From NCBI GenBank assembly GCA_964243035.1, contig CAXTDZ010000003.1, positions 14,436 to 78,435 of the forward strand: a DNA stretch of 64,000 nt, read 5' to 3'. The stretch comes from an uncultured Lichenihabitans sp. (GTDB lineage: Bacteria > Pseudomonadota > Alphaproteobacteria > Rhizobiales > Beijerinckiaceae). Below the pieces are notes generated by a model. That model made no database searches, was not told the origin of the DNA, and saw nothing but the letters and a program-made list of their open reading frames with translations. The translations under genes and the position numbers were made by a program. Positions 50,921 to 58,472 of the stretch are shown here, piece after piece; position 1 is the first letter of the stretch, and each line of letters starts with the position of its first letter.

Positions 50921-51094
50921 TCAGGAGCGGGGGACCGCGTCAGGCCGCGGCCCCTTGAGGCGTTTCGGCAGGAGGACGTCAACGGTCGCGAGGTGCGCGA
51001 CCGGCGAGCCGGTCAACGGGAACGCGATGGAGACGACGGCCGCGACCACCACGGCGGGCTGGAAGCGATGCTGACATCGGAGCGCCGCCGGCAT
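50921..51094 (-). CDS. possible small membrane protein (57 aa), below the ORF-track size cutoff
   Basis: Manual translation gives MPAALRCQHRFQPAVVVAAVVSIAFPLTGSPVAHLATVDVLLPKRLKGPRPDAVPRS. It has strongly G/C-biased third positions and one hydrophobic helix, and fills the gap between the PCuAC and copC genes. The SD is weak and I recognise no family. Confidence 0.3.
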   Translation of the reverse strand: MPAALRCQHRFQPAVVVAAVVSIAFPLTGSPVAHLATVDVLLPKRLKGPRPDAVPRS

Positions 51095-51196
51095 CCCGAC
51101 CGGCCACCGCGACGCCGGAGACGGGGACCGGGGAACGAGCGCCGGCGGCGACCCGCACCGCGGGAGAGGTGATAGGCATGGTCATGGCCGTCCTCC

Positions 51197-51709
51197 TCAA
51201 TCCGCGTCCATGCCGGGCATCGCCTGGCCGCCGCGACGGGCGCTCGGCGCCCTGGCGCCGATGCCCTCGACCATGAAGCGGACCGGCACCGTGCCGGCGT
51301 GGGCGAAGACCAGCGTGCCCGCGACCTCCTCGCCCTTCATGAGGCCGCGCCTGAGGCCGCTGAACATGATGTGCCTGCCCGAGGGCGCGAACGTCACGGA
51401 GCCGCCGGGCGGGATCTCGACCGGACCGGTCGGGCGCATGGTCATGACGCCGTTCTCCACGGCCATCGCGTGGACCTCGGCCTTGTCGGCCACCGCGAGC
51501 GAGCCGCCGGTCAGCGCGTCGGGCACGCTGCCGTGGTTGACGACGGTGAGGTAGCCGCCCGCGACTTGAGCGCCGTTCGGCGTCGCGCGGGCCCAGGCGG
51601 TCTGGATGACGAGGTCGCCGGCCCTGGTGTCCTGGGCGGAGGCGAGCGAAGGCAGCAGCGCGACGGCTGCGAGCGCGGCCAGCCGGCCGGCTCTCGGGAA
51701 CAGGTGCAT
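51197..51709 (-). CDS. copper chaperone PCu(A)C (DUF461)
   Basis: Signal peptide, then AEVHAMAVENGVMTMRP...GRHIMFSGL, which fits the H(M)x10Mx21HxM copper site pattern. Confidence 0.85.
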   Translation of the reverse strand: MHLFPRAGRLAALAAVALLPSLASAQDTRAGDLVIQTAWARATPNGAQVAGGYLTVVNHGSVPDALTGGSLAVADKAEVHAMAVENGVMTMRPTGPVEIPPGGSVTFAPSGRHIMFSGLRRGLMKGEEVAGTLVFAHAGTVPVRFMVEGIGARAPSARRGGQAMPGMDAD

Positions 51710-51807
51710 GGAATGAATCCTGAGGAACGCCCGCGGTCGGCCGGCCTCACGCGAGGCCGCCGCGTCACCGTCGAGGGCGCGTGGAAGGTCGGGTTCGCGT
51801 GCTCAGG

Positions 51808-52173
51808 TCACGCGGCCGGGGGGCCCTGCGACAGGCGCGGGGTGCGGACGCGCCCCACCGCCGGCGCCCAGCGGATGGTGCGGGCGTGGACCGCGACGTG
51901 CTCGGCCGGGACGGGCCCCGCAAAGGCGGGCGGTACGGGCGGGAGCACCGGGGCGCAGAGCGCGCACTGGTCGCAGCAGTCATGGCGCGGCGGCGCGGCA
52001 GGGTCGGCGGGTCGGACGGCCCCGCCCGAGCCCACGTGGCAGATGGGCATCGCCAGGCCGGATGCGGATCCCGGCATGCCGGACGCGAGCGCGCGCCCGA
52101 CGCCCGACAGGGCCAGGGCAAGCACCAGGATGGCGGCGAGGGCCTGCCGCAGCGCGGGTGACGGTGGTCGCAT
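51808..52173 (-). CDS. DUF2946-like Cys-rich protein
   Basis: ORF trimmed to ATG 52173 (MRPPSPALRQALAAILVLALAL). Carries MPICH and HDCCDQCALC motifs. This family is commonly adjacent to PCuAC and copper-uptake genes. Confidence 0.6.
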   Translation of the reverse strand: MRPPSPALRQALAAILVLALALSGVGRALASGMPGSASGLAMPICHVGSGGAVRPADPAAPPRHDCCDQCALCAPVLPPVPPAFAGPVPAEHVAVHARTIRWAPAVGRVRTPRLSQGPPAA

Positions 52174-52544
52174 CACGCGATGGAGACGACGCGATACGCC
52201 GCGCGAAGTCAAGCCGTCGCCCTGCACCGTCAGCACAGGTGAAGCAAGGAGAGCCGCCTGTCCGGGCCCGGCCGGAACAACGCCGAGCCGTGGTCCGCGA
52301 CGTGGTCGCCCAGCCCGGAGCCCGTTCTGCTCGGCGCGCAGCTCACCGGGTCGGCGCGCCCCACGCGGTTGACCTACTCGGGCGTCCAGGTGAGGTCGAC
52401 CACGCGGGGGAGCGAGGCCGCGCGCTGGCGTCCGGGCGCGAGGTGTAACCGAAGTGGGCGGGTCGCGGAGATCGGGTTTGTCGCGGGCCGCGACGCGAGC
52501 GAAGCCGAGCCGTGAACGGCGGTCCGCACGGGTTGCGACGGCGC

Positions 52545-54008
52545 CTAGAACGTGACCACGCTTCGCGCTCCGAACACGGCCGCGTCGCCGACGCGGCGGT
52601 TGGGGTTGCTCGGGTCCGGCACCCCGCCGCCCGGATTGAACACGTATTGGAAGTCAGGCTGCAGCTGCCACCACGGATAGAGCTGGGCCTGGTAGGTCGC
52701 CTCAATCACCGTTTCGCTGGAGCGCGCGACCGGGGGCGAGCCGGCAAGGGCCGCCGCGGCCAGGTCGCCGTCCCGCGCCCGGCCACTCACGTGCGCCCAC
52801 TCGACCCCCGCGCCGACCGTGTCGTTCTCGCGCCCGAACGGGCCCTTGTAGGTGAGACCACCCTGGGCGAACACGTCCACCACGTTGCGGTCGGAGGGAG
52901 CCCCCATGACGCGGCCCGTGACGCCGAGGCCGCCGTCGCTGTCGGGGGACGGCCGGTACACGAGCTGGTCCAGCGTTCCGTAAACGCTGTAGTCGCCGTT
53001 CCCGGACCGCGGGATGCCGATCAGGACGCCGGGCGGCTGGGCCGTGTCGCCGTTCTCGAAGAAGGCGTCGGCGAAGCGGTTGGAATTGTACCAGGCACCC
53101 AGCTTGTAGGTGCCGGGCAGGCCCTTGGCGTCCTTGTCCTTGTTGACCGCGTACTGCACTTCACCGATCACCAGGGCGCCGCTCGTCACGTCGAAGTTGG
53201 TGCCCGACGGGTCGTTCACCTGCGGGTCGCCGGGCCTGAGCCCGGCGGGGCTGCCGTTGAACAAACCGACCAGGGCCGTGACCTGGTCGGTTGGGCGCAC
53301 GCGCAAGCGGATGCCGGGCGTCGCGAGCGGATAGGCGGGGCCGCCGGACGGGAGGTCGAGGGCGGGGAGCGTCGGCCACCCGAACCCCGAGTTGATGAAC
53401 AGGTCCTCGTATTCGGAGGTGATGAACTCGAAGTCCGCGCTCTGCTGGCCGACCTTGACGTCCGCTTTGCCGTCCCAGAAGGCTTGCTGGTACCAGAGTT
53501 CGTTGAGCCGCGTGGCCGGGTCGGCCTCGATGCCGCTGATCACGTTCAGGTTGCCGACGTCGCGCGACGTCAACCCGCGCCCGTGGATCTGGTAGGCGCT
53601 GACCTCGAAGATGCCGCCCTGGAGGCCGAAGGCCCTGGCGGCGTCGACGCCGATGCTCATCTGGGTCAATCCCTCGACGATCGCGCCTCGCCTGAAACCA
53701 CCCGTCGGGTTGCCGAGCACCTCGTCCGTTTCGGTCAGCCCGAAGGCGATGCCGCTCGCGTCCAGGGCTGTCCGGACGTCGCCGATGTCGCCCAGGAGGT
53801 TCTGGCGCGTCGTGATGTCGCCGACCCACGGCGGTTTGGAAGCTTCCTCCTGCTTGGGGCCGGGCACGGGATTACTGGACGTCCGCGACGTACCGGTCTG
53901 CGCCGAAGCCGGCGCGGCCCACAGCAGGACCAGGGGGAGCACCGCCACTGTGCGGATGGTTCCGGCCAGTCCGCGTTGCCGGAGACGCTCAGACCGAAGC
54001 ATCGACAT
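52545..54008 (-). CDS. OprB-family carbohydrate-selective porin
   Basis: ORF trimmed to ATG 54008 (MSMLRSERLRQRG, signal ending ASAQ). Carries GIAFGLTETDEVLGNPTGG, ELWYQQAFWDGKADVKVGQQ, and a beta-barrel C-terminus ending VVTF. Confidence 0.85.
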   Translation of the reverse strand: MSMLRSERLRQRGLAGTIRTVAVLPLVLLWAAPASAQTGTSRTSSNPVPGPKQEEASKPPWVGDITTRQNLLGDIGDVRTALDASGIAFGLTETDEVLGNPTGGFRRGAIVEGLTQMSIGVDAARAFGLQGGIFEVSAYQIHGRGLTSRDVGNLNVISGIEADPATRLNELWYQQAFWDGKADVKVGQQSADFEFITSEYEDLFINSGFGWPTLPALDLPSGGPAYPLATPGIRLRVRPTDQVTALVGLFNGSPAGLRPGDPQVNDPSGTNFDVTSGALVIGEVQYAVNKDKDAKGLPGTYKLGAWYNSNRFADAFFENGDTAQPPGVLIGIPRSGNGDYSVYGTLDQLVYRPSPDSDGGLGVTGRVMGAPSDRNVVDVFAQGGLTYKGPFGRENDTVGAGVEWAHVSGRARDGDLAAAALAGSPPVARSSETVIEATYQAQLYPWWQLQPDFQYVFNPGGGVPDPSNPNRRVGDAAVFGARSVVTF

Positions 54009-54500
54009 CACCTGCTCGCCCACACTTGGCTTCGAGCTGTCGAACCTATCAACTTTAGTTACTTTATAACACAGGGGAATACAGGTCCGATCGGTCTTGA
54101 ACAACAGATCGCGGGGAAGCGTCTCCATTCGGCAACGCGTCCGGCTTCGAGCGTGTCGCGCGTTCAGGCCCCGTGATCGGTCTGGAGTCGCGGCAAGCAG
54201 GCGGGGGCCGCACTGTCACCGGTCGGGTCGGAGGCTATCGCGTCACCGTCTTCAACGAGGCAGGAAATCGCGGACGTGCCAGCCCCTGTCGCCGCCTGTC
54301 TGGTGGGTCTGCTCGTGTTTGCACCGTCGGTGGCGTGTTGCGGTGCTGTTCCGCCGGCTTGGGTGCGAGGTTCTGGACCTGAGAGCCCGAACGGCATGAG
54401 CCCGCCGGGCGGCGGGCTGACGTGCTGTTTCTGTGCTGAGAGGTTTGGTTGCGGGGGCCCACGACCAACTTGATTTGCTGACCTGCTTCAGTGGCACTCG

Positions 54501-54760
54501 ATGCATTCTGTCGTACGACCAAACGCCGCCAACCGATCGGGACCCGTGCCCGTAAATCAGGCACCGCAGGGCGCCTCAAGAATCGCCCGCGTCATGAACG
54601 AGCTGCTTGGCCACGCGCAGACCGATGTCACCTCGGGCTACGGCCGCAAGAACGGCAACCTGCACGAGCTCGCTGACCTGAACGACGAACTCCAGCGCCT
54701 AACCTTCAACGGTCTCGACGTGAGCCACTTGGCCGACCTGAAGCCGTGGCGGCAGGCAGC
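54501..54760 (+). pseudogene. tyrosine recombinase (integrase) C-terminal fragment
   Basis: The first ~85 codons of ORF 54501..56096 read HSVVRPNAANRSG...IARVMNELLGHAQTDVTSGYGRKNGNLHELADLNDELQRLTFNGLDVSHL. This holds the HxxR box, the LLGH box and the catalytic-Tyr region of a phage-type integrase. No N-terminal ~300 aa exists upstream, and the rest of the ORF is antisense GC-frame noise. Confidence 0.6.
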
Positions 54761-54779
54761 CCGACCGGACTCCTGCCGG

Positions 54780-55760
54780 TCACCTCTGTCGCGCGCGTCT
54801 CGGCTTGGGCATCCCGACCGGTTCGGCGGTCGCCAGCTCCAGCACGAGCTGTTCGCACAGGCACAGCAGCCGGCGCGCGTCGTGGCGCGGGCGCATCAGC
54901 ACGATCTCGCTCGACCACGCGATGCTGCCGCCCGAGCCGGGCGTGCCACGCACGAGGCGCGCCGGGTCGACGCCGCGGGCCGCGCAGAAGGCCTGCCCCG
55001 CAGAGCTCCTGGCCCAGCCCGCCAGGCTCGATCCCGCCAACGCCCGCGCCAGCGCCTGGTCGAAGGCGACGGCCGTCACCCGATCGGGCAGGGTCACCTC
55101 GAGCCCGTCCCCGACCACCCGGACCGGGCTTCCCGGGGACGGCTCGGCCGCCGCGGTGGCGAGCGGCTCGGCGGTCCAGGCCGCGAACCCGGAATCAGCG
55201 TGCGCCGGATCGTCCTTGCACAGGCTGCCGTAGCGCGCCTGCCCGAGGCCGGCCATGCGCGCGCCGATGTCGTCCGCGGTGCCGACCTTGCAGGCGAGCG
55301 GCAGCGGCCCGCCGATAGCGACGCCGTGGGCGTGCTCCCGCAACGGGCGCGTCAGCGCGCGCAGGCCCGGGCAGCTCGCGACGTAGACCCGGACGAGGCG
55401 GCCGGGTTGCCAGCGTTGGATGAAAGCGGCGTCGGTGAACGCCGACCGCGGCGCCAAGTCCAGCGCCACGCCGCCGAGCGCGGGAAGCGGCGCGGGCGAT
55501 GCGTGAGCCGACGGCACGCCCGAGCGCGCCGGGGCACGCCTGCGCGGCGTCGTGTTCGGCATGGCCGAAGCCGAGCCGCGCCTCGGTGCCGGGGGCGGCC
55601 CTGGCAGGGGTGTCGCGGCAGGGGTAGCCGCGGTCGGCCGCAGCACCGCCGCGGCCGCGGCGTAGGCCCCCGCGGCCAGGAGAAAGGCCGCGCGCTCACC
55701 CTCGCCGAGGGCCAGGAAGGCCGTCCAGGCCGGGACGGTGGACGTGGTGGTCGTGTGCAT
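54780..55760 (-). CDS. hypothetical protein (326 aa): N-terminal hydrophobic segment, Pro/Ala linker, uncharacterised C-terminal domain
   Basis: ORF 54780..56102 trimmed to ATG 55760, preceded by GGAGAC (MHTTTTSTVPAWTAFLALGEGERAAFLLAAGAYAAAAAVL). The C-terminal ~220 aa has non-repetitive composition. There is weak GIY-YIG/T5orf172-like spacing (RVYVASCPG...CKVGTADDIGARMAGL...SSEIVLM). Confidence 0.55.
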   Translation of the reverse strand: MHTTTTSTVPAWTAFLALGEGERAAFLLAAGAYAAAAAVLRPTAATPAATPLPGPPPAPRRGSASAMPNTTPRRRAPARSGVPSAHASPAPLPALGGVALDLAPRSAFTDAAFIQRWQPGRLVRVYVASCPGLRALTRPLREHAHGVAIGGPLPLACKVGTADDIGARMAGLGQARYGSLCKDDPAHADSGFAAWTAEPLATAAAEPSPGSPVRVVGDGLEVTLPDRVTAVAFDQALARALAGSSLAGWARSSAGQAFCAARGVDPARLVRGTPGSGGSIAWSSEIVLMRPRHDARRLLCLCEQLVLELATAEPVGMPKPRRARQR

Positions 55761-55896
55761 GGGATGCGTCTCCGTTCCGAAAGGACCGGTTATGCCGGTC
55801 GGGCGTGGAAGCGCCCGGGCTCGCCCGGGCGGCGTGAGGTGACAGCCGGCGGCGGCCTCGGCGTCCGCCGGCCCTCGCGGCCAAGCCGGTCGCGTG

Positions 55897-57099
55897 TCAA
55901 GGCGTCGCTTTCGGCCCCGTGTCGGTCTCGTCGGCCGCGGCGAGCTCGGCCTCGATCTCCGCGCGCACGGCGGCGATCGGTTGATCGGCATCGGTGGCCG
56001 GGGCGGGCTGGGCTGGGCTGCGCGGCAACGGTGTCGCGGAAGGAGCGGCAGTTCCGATGCCGGTTTCTGGATCGAGCACGGCGCCCGCAGTCGTAGCCGC
56101 AATCATTGCCGCCGCCGCATGGCCGCGACTCGGATCGGACGGCGATCCGATAGTTTCGGGGTCGAGGCTTAACGGGCTGAGCGTGAACGCGTCCGGAAGA
56201 TCCTCGCCCAGGAACGTGGCGCGCCACAGCGCGTCACTGCGGGCGCGCTCCTGGCGCTGCAATGAGCCTGGCGTATCAAGCTCCGCCCCGCCGCGGCTTG
56301 ACGAGGGTACCTCGACGCCGGCTGTCGCGGCGGCGTCAATAACTTTCTGCCGGTTCCGCTGCTCCAACTCACGGCGTCGCTGGTCGCGCCACGCCGTGCT
56401 GCCCCGCCGTCGCTGGTACTCGATCTCCGAGCGCGGCACAGGCGAGACGGCTTTGAGCGGGAGGTCGCGGCGGGCGTAGCTGCGGTGGTCGACCGACCGG
56501 TCGCCGGAGGCGTCCCGCATGCGCCGGGCCCCGTCGGCGCGCATCCACTCGACCGTCGCCCCGTTGGCCCGTTCACCGACCTGGATCGCCTTGCCGTCCG
56601 CCCTCTCGGATACGGCGTCGAGCGCTCGGCACTTGCGGCCCAGCTTGCCGCGCTCGACCACCCGCGTCCCGAGGATAAGGTGGACGTGGTCGGGCCTCCC
56701 GTCCTTGTTGTGTACCTGGGCCTCGACAGGGATGTGAAGCCGATCGGACACCGTATGGGCGAAACCGCGCGCGATGGCCGCCGCCTGCTCGGGCGTGATG
56801 CCCCAGGTGAGCGAGGCGATAACGTGCGAGCCGACGCGCGGCAGGCGGCCGCCGTAGCAGCGGTACGACCGGTCCGCCTTGCGCTCCTTGGCATCGAGCA
56901 GCCGGGCAAGCTCCGCGCCGCTGGTGACCGGCAGCCCGCGCGTGACGAGAACGTGGGCGCCGAGCTCGCCGGGCGCGGCTCCCTGGGCGCGGATGATGTA
57001 GGCCGTCGCGCGCCCGGCGCTGGTCTTTCCTAGGTCTTGGTCCCAGATCACCTGATCGTCGTCGCGCCGAACGTAGTTACTGACGTGAAGGCCGGCCAT
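55897..57099 (-). CDS. MobA/MobL-family (MOBQ-type) relaxase
   Basis: The ATG 57099 start gives MAGLHVSNYVRR, matching the typical MA.YH.S N-terminus with the catalytic Tyr. Also present: ATAYIIR, the histidine motif VHNKDGRPDHVHLILGTR, and DHRSYARRDLPLKAVSPVPRSEIEYQRRRG. In-frame alternative starts lie at 57117 and 57129. Confidence 0.75.
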   Translation of the reverse strand: MAGLHVSNYVRRDDDQVIWDQDLGKTSAGRATAYIIRAQGAAPGELGAHVLVTRGLPVTSGAELARLLDAKERKADRSYRCYGGRLPRVGSHVIASLTWGITPEQAAAIARGFAHTVSDRLHIPVEAQVHNKDGRPDHVHLILGTRVVERGKLGRKCRALDAVSERADGKAIQVGERANGATVEWMRADGARRMRDASGDRSVDHRSYARRDLPLKAVSPVPRSEIEYQRRRGSTAWRDQRRRELEQRNRQKVIDAAATAGVEVPSSSRGGAELDTPGSLQRQERARSDALWRATFLGEDLPDAFTLSPLSLDPETIGSPSDPSRGHAAAAMIAATTAGAVLDPETGIGTAAPSATPLPRSPAQPAPATDADQPIAAVRAEIEAELAAADETDTGPKATP

Positions 57100-57417
57100 G
57101 CGTCCCGGCTCGGCCATGATCCAGCTCATGGCGAAATGGAAGAACCCCGGTTGTCGCCCGGGCAGGTGTGGTCCGCGCTGCGGATCACACCTGCCAAGGC
57201 TCGCGCTCAGGGCGTCAGGCATGGCAAAGTTCCGAATGGAATTTTGCTTAAGCGGGCCATCTGTTTCACCGGACCTGAGTCACGACCGTCACCGGGCAGC
57301 ACGGGGAAGCTTACACAAGCACAGAAAGGATATCTGTCAACGGCTTATGCGCGTGTTGGCGACGGATCAAAGATTTCTGGCGCTTGATCCATAGATTTTT
57401 GACCTGTCAAGGCTAGG

Positions 57418-57453
57418 TGACGTTTTTTCACGCGAGATGACATCTTTTCACGC
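57418..57453. repeat. tandem 16-bp direct repeats (operator/iteron/oriT-like)
   Basis: TGACGTTTTTTCACGC (57418-57433) and TGACATCTTTTCACGC (57438-57453) match at 14 of 16 positions with a 20-bp register. The nearby palindrome TTGACCTGTCAA (57399-57410) and a second CTGTCAA (57334-57340) are in the same region. Confidence 0.5.
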
Positions 57454-57569
57454 TGGCAAAAGAGCCTGCGGTGATGGACTGTCCGGGGCGCGACATCGAT
57501 CGCGATTCTGGCGGCGTGGTGACCCGATCTTCGGTGACACGCCCGTCGCCATCAAACCGGGGGAATGGT

Positions 57570-57980
57570 ATGCCGACTGGAAACAGCGAACGGATGCGGG
57601 CGTACAGGGAGCGCAAGACGTTGGCGGCAGTGATCGGCCACGCGCTCCTCAACTGCCCTCAGGACATGCAGACCAAGGTGGTCGAGGGCATCGTCGAGCG
57701 ATGCAAGTGCAAGGCATCACGGGCCGACCTGCTGATGTGGGCCGCCCGGCTCGGAGTCTTGAGCAGGCCCGAGCTCATCAGCGAGGCCGAGGTGCTGCAA
57801 GCCGCCGAGGACGCGCTTCGCGAGAAGCGCCGGTTGGGCGTCGAGAAGTCTCGTTTTATGAGGGAGGAAAAAAGACCTCTGAGGAAAAGTGGAGCCGGAA
57901 CAGCACCTGAGCAGATCGGTGACGAGCGGCAGTGGCTTTGTGATCCGGCGCGGGCGACACCCGCGCCGGATGACGTTTGA
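57570..57980 (+). CDS. hypothetical protein (136 aa) with basic N-terminal 'NSERMRAYRERK' motif
   Basis: ORF 57471..57980 trimmed to ATG 57570, preceded by GGGGGA. Divergent from the relaxase. Predicted to be helical and charged, with no family recognised. Confidence 0.5.
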   Translation: MPTGNSERMRAYRERKTLAAVIGHALLNCPQDMQTKVVEGIVERCKCKASRADLLMWAARLGVLSRPELISEAEVLQAAEDALREKRRLGVEKSRFMREEKRPLRKSGAGTAPEQIGDERQWLCDPARATPAPDDV

Positions 57981-58157
57981 CGACGTTTATTCACCAGCAT
58001 CTCCAGCGTGTGCCGACGTCCATCTCCGGTACGCGCGTTGCGGCTGCTCGCGGCCCGACGCGCAGAGCGGGACTATCGCGACGATTTCGCGCCCAAGGCG
58101 AGATGCCAATCTGCCTCCCGCACAAACACGGAGCAGGCAGGACGCCGCCAGCCCTAA

Positions 58158-58407
58158 TCATCTGATCAGGAGCCCGGCGACGTACCCGGGCGCCATCGGA
58201 TGGCCGAACAGGTCGCTTTGCACCTTTGCAGTCGTCCGAAGCGACGGTGATGAACTGCTCGGTTTCCACGCCTTCGGCTGTCACCGACAGGCCGAGCGCC
58301 CAGCAGAACCTCAGGATGGCTTGCACGATCTCGCGCCCACCTTGGTGATCGCCCGGGTCCAAGATGTCTTGCTTGTCGATCTTGATCACGTCGACGGGGT
58401 AGGCCAT
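58158..58407 (-). pseudogene. EAL-domain (c-di-GMP phosphodiesterase) C-terminal fragment, frameshifted
   Basis: YPVDVIKIDKQDIL...IVQAILRFCWALGLSVTAEGVETEQFI matches the end of an EAL domain. After a frame change near 58235 it continues VQSDLFGHPMAPGYVAGLLIR to a stop at 58158. Nothing corresponding to the first ~170 aa of the domain lies upstream. Confidence 0.65.
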
Positions 58408-58472
58408 GCGCTCAGGTCCGCACTCGCCTCGTCCATAAAAGGATCCAAATCGGACGCACCTCGGAGGAAGCT

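Larger units (their letters stand above)
54501..58472. mobile_element. decayed integrative/mobilizable element remnant
   Basis: Contains an integrase C-terminal fragment, a MobA/MobL relaxase, an oriT-like repeat region and orphan genes. Intergenic sequence is visibly AT-richer, and a truncated EAL gene sits at the right edge. No flanking att repeats were identified. Confidence 0.45.

Noticed and set aside
50979-51200. A 73-aa ORF with a strong GAGGAGG SD-like sequence overlapping the PCuAC stop.
   Set aside because: The product is Arg/Gly/Ala/Pro-rich with many T-ending codons, atypical for this genome. The alternative 57-codon frame in the same gap has a better coding signature. Neither is proven.
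52174-52544. A 370-bp gap between the OprB porin and the DUF2946 gene, checked for small ORFs or a copper-responsive operator (CueR/CopR-type palindromes).
   Set aside because: No convincing ORF or palindrome was found. One minus-strand tail (...VVDLTWTPE) is too short to interpret.
54276-54473. A 65-aa Cys-rich ORF (MPAPVAACLVGLLVFAPSVACCG...TCCFCAERFGCGG) with a signal-like N-terminus, containing a GC hairpin (54399-54418, AGCCCGCC-GGGC-GGCGGGCT).
   Set aside because: About 40 of 65 third codon positions are G/C, much less biased than in confirmed genes here. It has a GTG start without a convincing SD. The hairpin lies inside the ORF and lacks a clean U-tract on either strand. This is probably non-coding island-edge sequence.
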